The position numbers and the translations under genes were made by a program. The notes under the pieces were generated by a model, which saw only the letters and a list, made by a program, of their open reading frames with translations, had not been told where the DNA came from and searched no databases. Source: the human T2T-CHM13v2.0 reference genome, Homo sapiens. From it: 64,000 bases of DNA. Where the stretch lies: assembly GCF_009914755.1 (NCBI RefSeq), contig NC_060934.1; one strand, 5' to 3'. Below are positions 27,990 through 43,670 of this stretch, piece by piece (position 1 is the stretch's first letter; each line of letters opens with the position of its first letter).

Positions 27990-28626
27990 TGAGTCACTTA
28001 TTTAAGAACCAGACCTCTGCAAATGGAACTGGCATGTCTAATCCCATTATTGCCAGCTTTCCCACACAGAGGCAGCATTACTGACCTATCTATAACTGTC
28101 CAATAAGTCCAGGGCCTTTGGTTTCTGTCCTTGTCAACCTCTAAATATTTCAAGCTGACATCAAAACAGAATAGGCAGGAGATAGAAAGAAACCAGCATC
28201 AACATGTATTTGCTTGTAAATATCAATTTGTTTTTGGCTGTAATCATCCTTAAGTGGACTTCTGTGACATGATCTGGGCTTTTAAAAAATAGCAGAAACC
28301 TGGACTATAATATATTTGTAAACATTTTATCCTTTGATTAGTTTTGTTTTGCTTTCACTTTGCTATGTAACTGTGCTGTTAGTCTTAAGATGAACTGGGG
28401 TGAGTTCAGGGCTGACTCAAGGAGGCCCATTTCATTTGAGTCACCCTGGGATGAACGAGAAAAGTTGCTGGCCTCAAGTCTCTTACTATCCCTTGGGAAC
28501 CAAACACATACAGAACTATGATTCATGTCCATCTGTGAGAAGTTGTAGACAGAAGTATAAAGTGCTGTAAGAGCCTGAGGCACAGAAGAGGGAATTGTCT
28601 GCAGACAAGGAAACTACCATGAGTCA
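27990..28626. promoter_or_regulatory. Candidate enhancer: four perfect AP-1 sites plus an ER6 nuclear-receptor element
   Basis: TGA(G/C)TCA at 27990, 28413, 28437 and 28620; TGAACT-ggggtg-AGTTCA at 28391-28408. Function is inferred, not shown. Confidence 0.45.
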
Positions 28627-30327
28627 CTTTCTCTGAGGTTTTCTTTTTTACTCAAGTTCTGTAAGTCTACATCTCTCTCAGTGTGAGCAACCCAACTGAG
28701 CTGTTAGAGCTATGTGTCCATGACTTTAAACCTGCCTCCCTTGGTAGGAAACAAAAATCCTATGTGTAGATTTAGTATATAGGTCTTCTGATGCCACCAT
28801 CCAGAGCTTATCTTTCCTCCTGCTGGCTTGAGTGTAGGTCTCTGAAGTTAGGGAAGTCAACTGCAGTTTTTCCTAGATAACAGTGGAATTGAATGCCACC
28901 TGTGGGCATCTGGGTTCTGAAATCCGATTGATGTTACTCAGTGGAAGGAATTTCACAAATATACTACCTGAATCCCACAGCGGGCCACTATGGCAAGCAA
29001 GGAAATTGTAGCCACTATGTAAAGAACCTCAGGCTGTGGCCTGTGCAATTCTAGCAAGCATCCTTTACATGGAGCAGAATGTAAGTGAGATTTCTGCATT
29101 GCACAGTACCAGCCTACACATCCATTGGATATTTGCTTCTGGACGTATTTTCTCAGCCTCCACCTTTTACATCAGAAAGAGATACCTCGTTTGCACAAGA
29201 AAATTTTATTGTATTTGATTAAAAAATATTTTGTGTGATACTATATGTTTAAATTATGGTTTATATTTTACAAAGTATTTTAGTCATTATAATTATCTTA
29301 GGAATTAAATAGAAAGTAATTAGCCCATTGTCCATATGTAGAACTGAGCTAAAAAAAAAAAGATTAAATAATGTGAGTTAGTTGAAACTTACATTATGTA
29401 ATTGAGTTAGAGCTCAATTATTATGAAGCTTGATGACATTTTGTCAGCAAGGTCTGGGGTGGAAATCAGCCCTTGTGTCTGGGACTAAGTCTACTGGCTC
29501 TGCTCTGTCTTACCTCCTGAGTACACTTCATTGAATAATGGTCTGCTCCACTGGAATTGCCAGGTCCCCATTTTTCCATTTAAGAGTTACTATCTTTCTG
29601 GTTTCCTGTGGGGAATAAAGCTTTGTAAATAAGAATTATGGAATAATCTGAGAATCTTAGAGAAGGAGAAGCTGGTAACTAATATAAAAGTCCTGTATTG
29701 GTTTTGGCTGTGTTAATCTTTTAAAAACGTCCTCCTCTAAAAAATTGTATCCACTCATATCCTGGATTTAAAATGCAAAAGATATTCCCCAGTAAAACCT
29801 CACACTGATTTCCCACAAATGGAGAGGAGGATGGTAAATTCCAAGGACAAGAACACTAATGTATGAGGCAAGAGACACAGTTTTGCTTTTGGCTCTATTG
29901 CAATCAACCTATCGGTTCATCAATTCAAGAATTAAGTATTGAGTATCTTTAGATGCCAGAAATTGTGCTGGGTGCCTTCAGTAAATTTTTAGGTTAGAAG
30001 GAAGGCAGACATTAAACAAATAACTACCCAAGTAATTATAATTATAGAAAGTGCTCTAAAGAAAAAATAAAAGGCTTGTATAAGAGTAAATGACAAGTAG
30101 GAGTTACTTAGAGAGAAGGGGGGCAGATAGTATGTGGGATGGGTGGGGGAGGGGCCTCTGGAAGCATAGTTCAGGTAAAGAGGGCAGCATATGTGAAGAT
30201 CCTGTGCCCCAGGTTATATTTGAGAATTGAAAAGATCAGAGTGACTAGAGTAGTGCGCATGAAGGGGAGAGGGCTGAAAGTTAAGATTAGAGACATCGAC
30301 GGGAAGATCATACATGGCCTCAAATAG

Positions 30328-30826
30328 TGTTTCACTTATCTACTGAGGTATAACAAGCTAACCCAAACCTTAGACTGTTAAAACAACAATTTGTTATTTC
30401 TCATGATTATATATTAAATAATTGTGCATTGGCTGTGCTCAGCTGAGTGGTTCTTGTGCTCCACATGTCAGCTGGGTCACTAAGCTGCATTCAGCTGTGA
30501 GCTCAGCTGGGGTTCTACTTATGTCTGTGGTTTCATCTGGGTGGCTGAAATAGCAGGAAACTGGCTTCTTCCACATGATCTTTCATAATTCAGTAGTCTA
30601 GCTGAGCTTCTTGAAATTTGAATGGATTCAAAAATGATTGGAGCTGATGGTACCAGGCCTCTTATCACCTAGCCTTAGAACTGGCATAGCCATTCTATTT
30701 ATTAGTTAAGGCAAACCACAAGGCCAGCCCAGGTTTAAGGGGGAAATAGACACCATCTATTTTTAGGAGTTGTGCTAAGCCTTTAGACAGCGGAAGGAAA
30801 AGATTTGTTTTGAGGCAGTATACCAT
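30328..30826 (-). mobile_element. Old MLT1 (G/H-like) LTR inserted in an L2 fragment
   Basis: aaaacaacaatttgttatttctcatg, ggctgtgctcagctgagtggttctt, aaccacaaggccagcccagg. Confidence 0.7.
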
Positions 30827-31989
30827 ATAGATAATTTTAAACATTTTGGACTTGAGATTTTTATTATTTGTTATAAATATAGCATATTTGAAATGCCTTA
30901 TTTATTGTAGTCTTCACAACAATATAATGAAATAAGCAACATCATGATACTCTTCTTAAGTTAGATGCATCACAGAACTCTTAAGTGGCAAGACCAGGCA
31001 CCAACTGAGCCCTAACTCAAAGCAGTCTGTTTTTGACCACCATGCTGCTGCATGACCATTTTGCTGATTCTCAGTCATAGTTCTTTCATCTTTTCAATGA
31101 TGAAATCCATGAGGATGACTAAAATGTGTGAGGACTGTAATAGGCAAAGCTATCATATGTAAGTTTAAAGCATAAAAAAAGTCCACCTTTGGAAAATCTC
31201 ATTGTTAATCCACTCCTTGATACAGTTCAGAAAATGAATTAATTAATAACTTAGGAACAAAAGGAGCTCATTAGCCCTAACTCCCTAAACCCATCTGCTA
31301 TTATTGTTAGAAGCTGAGATTCCCAAAGTCCCCCCAGACAAATGGAGAAACATTATCAGTGACATTAGGGGCTCTTTCTCCAACCAGCTACCCTTGCCAG
31401 TTGCTCATTTATTTCTAGAAATCTCAGACATGTCTCATGTGACTTCATAAATAAATCTTCTTGCTACCACCTGGTGTTCACAACTTTCCTTCTCTCCTAC
31501 TCTAGAATTTTTTAGTGAGATTTCCTTCCAGATCATCTACTGCTTCTAAAGCCTCATTGTATGTTAGGTGCTGAAATGGGAAGATTGCTTCTTTATCCTT
31601 TGTGTTTAACTCTATTAGAGTTACTGCCTCCTTACAAACATCCTGATAGTTTGTAAGACTTAAAATGGAAATATGCAAGTCACATAGAGGAGGGAATTTG
31701 TATTCTTCGCCCCTCTATCCCTAGGATGAATCTGAATGGCAGTTACCAGGCAGTCTTCAGAGCTTTTTCTTTTCCCCTGTTGACTGAGGCTTGGATATTG
31801 ATTTGAACTTTTCTGATTCCATCTCTACTTAAGATGAATTTTCTCTCAGAAGAGTCATCAATCCTTCATGCCAATAGACTTCTGGTAGCTACACTACCAG
31901 TCTGCCAGACATGGTCAGATATGTATGAGTACTGGGATCTACAATTTAATTTAAGCTTGAGCCGTTGTCCTCAGTGTACTATCATGTTA

Positions 31990-32535
31990 TGTGATGTTTA
32001 CTTTCATGTGTCAACTTGATTGGGCTAAGGGATGCCCAGAAAACTGGTAATACATTATGTCTGGGTGCATCTGTGAGGGTGTTTCCAGAAGAGATTAGCA
32101 TTTGAACTGGTAGTAAGTAAAGAAGTCCATCTTCACCAATGTGGGCAGACATCATCCAACCTGTTGAGGACCTGAATAGAACAAAAAGGTGGAAAAAGGG
32201 CAAACTGTCTCTTCCTGAGGGACATTCATCTTCTGTCTTCAAACATCAGCACTCCTGGTTCTCTTGCTTGAGGATTTGAACTACAACTTATACCATTAGC
32301 TCCCCTGGATCTCAAGTACTTGGACTCTAGCTGAATTACACCACCATCTTTCTGGCTTCTGCAACTTGCAGATGGCAGATTGTGGGGCTCTCAGTCTCCA
32401 TAATTGTATGAGCTGCATAGTATAATAAATCTCTCTCTCTGTCTTTGTCTCTCAGTCTGTATAGACAAATATAGATAGATGATATAGATATAGATCCTAT
32501 TAGTTCTGTTTATCTTGAGAACCCTAGCTAATACA
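31990..32535 (+). mobile_element. MLT2B-type ERVL solo LTR
   Basis: tgtgatgtttactttcatgtgtcaacttgattgggctaagggatgcccag ... tcctattagttctgtttatcttgagaaccctagctaataca. Confidence 0.9.
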
Positions 32536-33253
32536 TAACAATAATATTTTCTGTAAATTAAGCAAGTTTTGTATTTCAATCTCATGTGACTTCATTGCAG
32601 TATTGAGGTAATCATGATTTACCCATAGGTTAAGAAAGACATTTTTGCTTATGGTAAGAAATAAATTGCTGGGGCTGTGTCTATGCTATTAAGCAACCAA
32701 TAGTTGTTAACCAAACAACTGTTTAATGGATTAACATATTTACTGATCTCTGAGTTGTTTTGGAGTTTTAAAGGATGCAAGTGTTTTCTCTGAAAGAAAA
32801 TTGGCAGCATGTTTCTGCTGGCAGGGCTGTGTGTCAAAATGGAATTGGTTGAGATAATAAATGTACTTTAAAAATAATCTGTTGTGTTTATGTAAGTTTT
32901 TGTGTGTGGCTGCCTCCACCTTTATCGTCTTCCTATTATTATCCCATGTGTCCTTCCAGGAGGTAGAATGCTTTAAGACTGTCAGAAGAAATAAGAGACA
33001 AAAAATTGTGTTCTTCAATTATTAGGAAACTTTTCAGATGAAAATCCATTTTAAAACAGAAAGTGGTTTTCTATGAAAATGAATTTCCTGAAACTCAAGT
33101 TAGTCTTTTATTTTTCAAAAAAAAAAAAAAAAAAGAAGCTTTTGCCACTTCCAAATACCACTCAAGTAAATAATAAGAATGAGATACAGAAAGCAGGCTG
33201 ATGGAAGTGATACTTTTGTTTGAATGAGTCACAGATTAATTATAAGAAAAGTT

Positions 33254-34022
<769 letters not shown>

Positions 34023-35099
34023 GGAGATATCAGTTTACTCATCCATTGAGGTTTTGAGAGTCTACTGTATTCCTGACACTATTCTCAGTGCTATAAGGAA
34101 TAGACCCTTGAAAGAATCCTTCACTTTCTTTCAGCTTCATTACTGACATACCATGCAATCTTAGCCAAGTTTCTTTTCATTTTTATAACTTACTCTTCTC
34201 ATCTTTAAAATGGAGATAATAATTGTTGCTTTACATGTAATTAAGTCATTTAATTTTCACAGTTGTGATGTTAACCTAGGTAAAACACTTAGAATGTGTT
34301 AATGCATGTACAGAGATAGAGCAGTACCAGGCACATAACCACTCACAAGTTAGTTGTTATTGTTGTTATTGCTTGCTAATGAGAAAAGTGGAGCCAAGGG
34401 GATTGTGACTTGCCCACTGATCTATTTAATGGCAGATTCTGTTTTAGCAATATAAGATAAAATTACCTTATAATGTATTTTCTCATATAATTGGCCAAAG
34501 GTTTCTGCAAAATGCAATTGACTTGCTTTTTAATAAATTATCTGGGAACATTTTGCAAGCCTGTTACATAGACTGACAGAATGTACTTCCCATTCTCTGT
34601 TCTAGCTCCAATCCAATTACTCTCATGGCTCTTTACCGTTAGACACCTCCTCACCTTCTCTAGTCTTCTTTTACTTCTCCCATATCAAATCCTACATTCC
34701 AGCCATATCAGATCACTTGCAGTTCCCACCTTTAATACGCTGTTTCACACCTCCGTGTCTTTATTATACTCTGTTCCCAGTTCTGGAATGCTGATATCCT
34801 ATTACTTTATGCCCCAGCTATTATCTGCTCTTTTTTCTTCCTTGCCTTAGATGTTTCCTATTCCTTTCCTGACTTCTCCTTCCAATTTGAATCTGCTTGG
34901 GCCTTTCCCCCGCTACTCCCAAAGCACATGATTACCTCTTTCATGAGACGTTATTATATTATAAATTATCTATTACTTATGCATTCCCATAATCTTTCTA
35001 AGCTGGAAGGTATGTAATACATCTTTTTTCTTCTGAGTTCTCAAAACCGCATGGTGCCATAAAAGCTGTGTCATCACAAGTATAGTTACCTAAGTAAGG

Positions 35100-35446
<347 letters not shown>

Positions 35447-35849
35447 TAATGTAAGCTATTTAAAGATATGGCAAAAGGACTATTAGAATTTATGCATGCA
35501 CATTTTATTTTCCCTAGAATTAGAACAACCCAGATATTTAGGGCCAGCAAATTCCCAGTACTTTTCATGTAATATAGCTTGGAGTTTCTTTTCGACCTGC
35601 TAATGTTGGATAAACATTTCAGTCATTGAAGATACAAGCTAAAGTTTAAATCACGGGCAACTTGGAGGATATTTGTCTGCTTCTATTTGGGTGACTAGAT
35701 GACTCATATAAGTGGAATCATGAAGTATTTATCCTTCTGCATCTGGCTCGTTTTGCAGATGATAATGTCTCATAGGTTTAACCATGCTGTAACAAATGGC
35801 AGCATTTATTTCTTTTTTAGGGCTGAAATAATGTTCTATTGTATGAAGA

Positions 35850-36065
35850 CATTTGTCCTTGGGTATCCAAGGGTAATTGGTTCTAGGACCCTCCACTGAA
35901 CCAAAATCCACATCCACTCAAGTCACTCAGTTGGTCCTGCAGTGCTCACCTATACAAAAAGTTAGCCATCCTTATCTGCAAGCTCACATCTCTCAGTACT
36001 GTATTTTCCATCTGTATTTGGTTGAATCTGCAGATGAGAGACTTGCAGATACACAGAGCCAAATG
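35850..36065 (+). mobile_element. Tigger-derived MITE (MER2/MER8 group) nested in the L1
   Basis: catttgtccttgggtatccaagggtaattggttctaggaccc...ggttgaatctgcagatg...gagccaaatg. Confidence 0.75.
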
Positions 36066-36088
36066 TATGCCAATTATTATGATTGGTA

Positions 36089-36374
36089 TTTTTTGAGACA
36101 GAGTCTCACTCAGTCACCCAGGTCGGAGTGCAGTGGTGCATCTCCACTCACTGCAACCTCTGCCTCCTGGGCTCACGTGATTCTCATGCCTCATCCTCCT
36201 GAGTAGCTGGCGCTACAGGCATGCACACCATGCCCAGTTAATTTTTGTGTTTTTCGTAGAGACAGGGTTTCGCCATATTGACCAGGCTGGCCTCGAACGC
36301 CTGGCCTCAAGTGATCTCCCTGTCTCAGCCTCCCAAAGTGCTGAAATTACAGGTGTGAGCCACAGCACCTGGCC
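36089..36374 (-). mobile_element. Alu (AluS/J) nested in the L1
   Basis: Full dimer in reverse orientation. Confidence 0.92.
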
Positions 36375-38152
36375 CACGTTTTTCTTTTTTTAAATTATTT
36401 CATCTATAAGTGACATTTAGATTGTTTCCATATCTTGGCTATAGTCAATAATGCTGCAATGAACAGGAAGGTGCAGATATCTTTTCAAGATCTGAACTTT
36501 GATTCTTTTGAATATATTTCCAGAAGTGGGACTGCTGTATCATACAGTAGTTCTATTTTAAATTTTTTGAGGAAACTCAATACTGTTTCCCACAGTGGCT
36601 ACACCACCCTATATTCCCATCAACAGTGTATAAGAGTTCTAATTCCTCCACAAGCTGGCCAACACTTACCTTTTGTTTCTGTTTACTTGTTTCTTTTTTG
36701 ATAACAGACATTTTAGCAGGTAAGAAGTGAAATTTTGTTGTGGTTTGGATTTCATTTTTCCAATAAGTTATGTTGGCACTTTTTCGTATACCTACCGGCA
36801 TTTTGTATGTCTTCTTTGGAGAAATATTTATATATGTATTCAAGTCTTTTGCCCAATTTTTAATTAGTTTGTTTCTTTGTTTTTGTTTTGCTATTGAGTT
36901 GTAGGAGACTCTCCTTTATATTGGACATTAATCTCTTATGAGATAGGTGGTAGCCAGAGGTTGTGGGGAGAAGGAAATAGGGAATTGTTTTTCAATGGTA
37001 TAAAATTTCTGTTATGCATGTTAAATAAATTCTAGAGGTTTTCTGTACAACATAGTACCTACAGTTAATAATACAGTATTGTGTTTATTAAAATATAAGA
37101 GGATATATCTCATGTTAAATTTTCTTACTGCAAAGCAAACAAAAAACACACAAAAGAACACAAATAAATTATTGGAGGTGACTATATACTTAGTACCTTG
37201 GTTGTGGTGATGGTATTATGGGTATAGGCTTATGGCCCAACTCATTAAAAGATATACGTTGAATGTGTGCATTTTTTGTGCATCGATTATATCTCAATAA
37301 AGCTAAAAAAATAAAAATTGAAAACTGAAGTCAGGGGAATGTTGGCCAATAATGACATGCTTTTTGCCAAAGCACTGCTTAGTTGGGTTATGAAAAATCA
37401 AAGAGCATATTGGCATCTCTTAAGAACAAGGTTATTTTAGTCTAAGTAAAATACAAATTCTACTTTGAAAAAGTACAAGGACTTCTTTCCCATCATACTG
37501 TACTGTGACACATCAACTAAAAGCATTACTTCAACTTCTGTCTGTGCTTTCATAACCCTTTTGTCATCTTCTTGGCTTTATGTCTCAAACCAATGGGACT
37601 TTTATAGGCTGATCATAGACACAGCTTCACTTTTTGAAAGGGCCACTAGCTTTCTCCATGGTGGCCTCTCCCTAGAGCAGAGGAGACAAACAATGCAGGG
37701 TCTGATGTTGCTAATTAAGCAATCTAAGATTTTGGCAAATGAACTCCAGGCACTGGTTGATTGAGAATTCCCACTGCAGCTCTAGCTGTGGGTTTGTGTC
37801 CAGGTTTTGCCACTTAGATACAGAACAGTGAAGTTACTCATGAGAGGTCTTAAAGTTTCTGTCTCTTCATTTGTATAAGGTAGATAATAAGAGACTCTAA
37901 AGAAATAATCTAAAGAATTATTGAACAATAAAATGAACTAGTTCATATACAATTATATGATTATCTCTATGTCACTGACAAGAAAATAGACTCAGAGAGG
38001 TAAATTAACTTATTTAATGTCACATAGTTACAAAGTAACGTGACTGGGACTTAAATAAATAAAATTTACTTTCTTTATATGCTAATGCTGCTTATTACTT
38101 CCCATCCTGACAGAGAGAGATTTGCAGAGCCCTCCACTTAACACACATTCTT

Positions 38153-39331
<1,179 letters not shown>

Positions 39332-39764
39332 TTAACACACATTCTTACCTTCATATTAATCTGTCCTAATTCCTCCTATTTCTACCTAAATAATTCCTTT
39401 GGATTATGACATTTGACTCCAGAAATCAAACTGTGAATCTGAAAACTCCTACACTAATCCATCAACACTTACAGGTATCTTAGGATAAATTGTATGGTTA
39501 TATGGTCTGTCACTTGACTGCAAAAATCTCTTACGAGATATTCATTCAGTTAGCCATGTACTAAATTGAGGAAGTATGCATCAGTTTAGATCTAAGCTAT
39601 GTTATTAAAATTGCCTGAAAATTAGTACATATGATAGTTAAAGAGATATAAATAATTGTGTAAATTGTATTAAATCATTTTTTGTAGAAGGTAAACAATT
39701 AGAAGTTTCACATTTGAAAGATTAAAAATGATATTAAAGAAGAAATATTCATATTAAGAATTAT

Positions 39765-40066
<302 letters not shown>

Positions 40067-40070
40067 TTAG

Positions 40071-40379
<309 letters not shown>

Positions 40380-40728
40380 TATTCTCTACAGAGTGACCTT
40401 GGAATTCTGTACTATCTTTGGATCACACACTTCAATACATGAGTTTTTATTTATTAAGAGTTAATATTTTTGAACCTATATTTCCAAATTGACATAGGGA
40501 AAAAACTATTTTAACATCGAATAAGACCTTTGACTATATGACCTGAGTTAAATATTCCATCTCTCCCATTTTATTAAAGCATTTACTTCAAGGTCATATA
40601 TTCTTGCATTTATTCTAAAAGGTGAAAAATTATGTCATTCAACAAACTTTGAGTATCTATCATTTACTAGGCATTAAGCTGAAGGAATTGGACACCGTAC
40701 CTGACCTTAAGGTAATAGCAGCCTAGGA

Positions 40729-40938
40729 CTGCGGTTGGAAAACTTTCCCGTAAAAGACCAAATAGTAAATATTATAGGTTTGCAGGTCATATGGTCTTTG
40801 TCGCAACGCAACTACTCACCTCTGCCACTGTACCCTAAAAGCAGACATAGATAATACACCAGCAAGCATGACTGTATTTCAATAAAATTTGATTTACAAA
40901 AATAGGTAGTGGATCAGTGGACCATAGTTTGGTGATCT
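40729..40938 (+). mobile_element. MER58A (hAT-Charlie)
   Basis: ggttggaaaactttcccgtaaaagaccaaatagtaaatattataggtttgcaggtcatatggtc...ccatagtttg. Confidence 0.85.
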
Positions 40939-41729
40939 AGGGATGAAGCAAGACAGTTAATCACAATACAAGAACTTTGCCTTTGTAAATGCGTCTGTGA
41001 AGAATCTGGAGTGAGCAGGAAAAAGGGAAGGAAGGAAATTAGAGAAATTATCAAGCAAGTTTTCTCAGAGAAGATAATGGCTGAATTTTATCTTAAAAAT
41101 ATGGAGCAATTCACAAGGAGGCCATGCTAACTTCTATTTCATGTTAAGAATAGAGGCTATTGTAAATCTTGTCACCTCAGCCTAAACCAAAGTTTCCAAA
41201 CTATGTAGTATGGAATTCCTCAATACGTTAATAGATATTCCCGAATAAAGGAGTTACCTGGTTGAGTAAGTTTGAAAAATACTCTTTTCCTTCTTCAATT
41301 AGCTTTCTCAGTGTTTTTAAATTTCTTTTAGCAAATAAAGACTTTAATAAGTCATGTAGTAAAGAGGATTTTTCAAATTTTTATAACTCAGAATTTTAAA
41401 ATTTATTTATGGAGCCCTTCTCTTGATGTGGAATACCCATTAATGTATTTCAGAAATAGTATTTTGAATATTGTGGTTTTCAAGACAGTCATAAACTAAG
41501 GATTAAGAGTCCTAGACCCATTTATCTGCCCATATGTAGGCAGCAAGGTTTCAGAAGCACTTTAAATAGATGGCTTCCCATCATAGGAGTGTCCTGGGCA
41601 ACAGGTGTCCAGCCTTTGGGAGATGAGAGGTTGAGCAAGACTCAGTCACCAGGGGTTTTGAAGTTTCATGCAGAACAAATAGCAAACTCACTTGCTGAAC
41701 TGGAAAAATTATGAAATTATAAAGTGAGA

Positions 41730-41897
41730 CAGTATTGCTCCCAAAGGGCGTTTGCTTGTCACAAGGATCAGGAATGCTATTGGTATTTCATGGGTAGAAA
41801 TGAGAGATGATAAACGTTCTGCAGTACATAGGCCAGCCCTGCACATTGAAGATGTGTGCTGTCCCAAATGCCAATAGAGCCCCATGGAGAAACACTG
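41730..41897 (+). mobile_element. Degenerate MER20-like element
   Basis: tgctattggtatttcatgggtaga...cccaaatgccaatagagcccc...gagaaacactg. Confidence 0.65.
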
Positions 41898-42440
41898 TTG
41901 AAGAACAAGGAGTGGGGGATCACCTCCCAAGTTTCAGAAGACTGGGAAGAAAATTGGGGATAAACCTTATAGGCACATCACCATTAGTGCAGCCATTAAA
42001 TGTTTAAAAGGTCATACATTCCTTTTTCATTCTTAACAACCAGATGTAATTTATTTAATTCCATAAAAATGTATAAGATTTTATTTTTGATGCAGGCATA
42101 TGCAATTGTAAAACTTACAGAGCAAAGATCAGGTGCAGTGTGATCTTTTGAATAAGCCATTGCATTAGATGCTATTAAGCATTTCAGAGGCAATTTAATA
42201 AAGTGTGTGATTAGTGCCTCACTTCCTGATGGTCATTCTGACAGGAGCACCAGAGTAACCTGAGTGCTGATTTCAAACCTAGCCCTTCAGTGAGTTTTTT
42301 AGAAGGCTGCTGTAACAGCCTTTTATAAGAAAACTCTGTCAATAAATGTTTCTCTTCTGAATTCGTCTCAAGTAAATAGCCTCAAGGAAATATTCCTGTG
42401 GTTCCTGAAAAATAGCAAGCAGAAGATACTTTACACAGAC

Positions 42441-42631
42441 CAGGGTAATCATAAATTTGGCACCTTTTTTGAAATATAAGATGTGCTCCCTCCTCTGGGC
42501 TGATGAAGTTGCTGTCAGGGCACAATGGGTGGCATACAGAGAGTGAATGGGCTGAATTTCAGCCCTCACTCAGGCCCCCTGCAGGTGCCTTTGTACATTT
42601 GCAAACTGTGTAATCCTGTCTAGTGACCCTG
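42441..42631. mobile_element. hAT-Tip100-like MITE (MER91 group)
   Basis: Terminal inverted repeats cagggtaatca ... tagtgaccctg. Confidence 0.5.
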
Positions 42632-43359
42632 GGTCAGAACCACTGTTGCTTCATTGCATTTGGCTTTATTGCATATAGTCCTTCAATCTGAATGTTTTAA
42701 GTACCCACTACATGGCATGCTCTATATTAAGTATAGCATTACAGAAGCTAAATGACGTGTTCCTTTAATTGAGTGCTTACCCTACAGCAGCCCCTTGGCC
42801 AAATATTTCATATTTATTAATAATAACAACAACACCATGAGCTAAGTTTTATTGTTTTAATTTTCCAACTAAGGAAGCTTCTCGGCTTTAAGTATCTTGC
42901 CTGTAGTTACACAGCTAGGAAGGGAAGGTGCTGGGATTCAAAGCCTTTTTTTTCCCCTGATTCTAAGTGTCCTGTTACTATTTACTACAAAAGCAGGACT
43001 TTCAATGAATTTATATATTAGAGAGGAGACAAATATACCAACAGATGGTTACAATACAAGTGTAAGTGCTATTCAGGTGGGATGCCTACTTAGATGTAGA
43101 GAGAAAGTTGTCAGGGGCCAATTTCCAGAAGCAGTTGTCCTTGAGTTTTGAAGAAGTTTCTACAAACATATGGGAATCCAAAGGTTAATAAACCAGAATG
43201 CAGGCTGAAAAACTTGGCTACACTTCAGAAAATAAGTTGGAATAGGTTTGTGTGTTTTAGTGATTATTTTAAGTTATCATATACCAAATGAAAATAATTG
43301 ACTGGTAAGGCTATCAATCTTCCTGCACATTAAAATTATCTGAGTAGAAGAACAACATA

Positions 43360-43670
43360 AATGAACTTTGAAGACATTATACTGGATGAAATAAGCAGAC
43401 ACAAACGGACAAATATTGTGATTCTACTTCTAAGGGATACCTGCCATAGTCAAATTCATAGAGAGAGAAAGTAGACTAGTGGTTGACAGGGGCTAGTTAT
43501 TCTTTAACAGGTACACAATTTCAGCTGGTAATGTTGAAAAAGTTCTGGAGACAGACAGTGGTGATGGTTGCATAACAATATGAATATTGTTAATGCCATT
43601 TAGCTGTATACTTAAAAATGGTTAAGATAGCAAATTTTATGTTAAGTATATTCTACAACAATTAACAAAA
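43360..43670 (+). mobile_element. L1MB-like 3' end
   Basis: atagtcaaattcatagagagagaaagtagactagtggttg...aaaagttctggag...cttaaaaatggttaagat. Confidence 0.85.

Larger units (their letters stand above)
35670..37317. mobile_element. Old L1 (L1MA9-like) with a 5' inversion: minus-strand part about 35670-36945, plus-strand 3' end 36946-37317
   Basis: The minus part begins ...gactcatataagtggaatcatg; the plus part begins ggtggtagccagagg and ends ctcaataaagctaaaaaaataaaaa; the two are adjacent in L1 coordinates. Confidence 0.8.
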
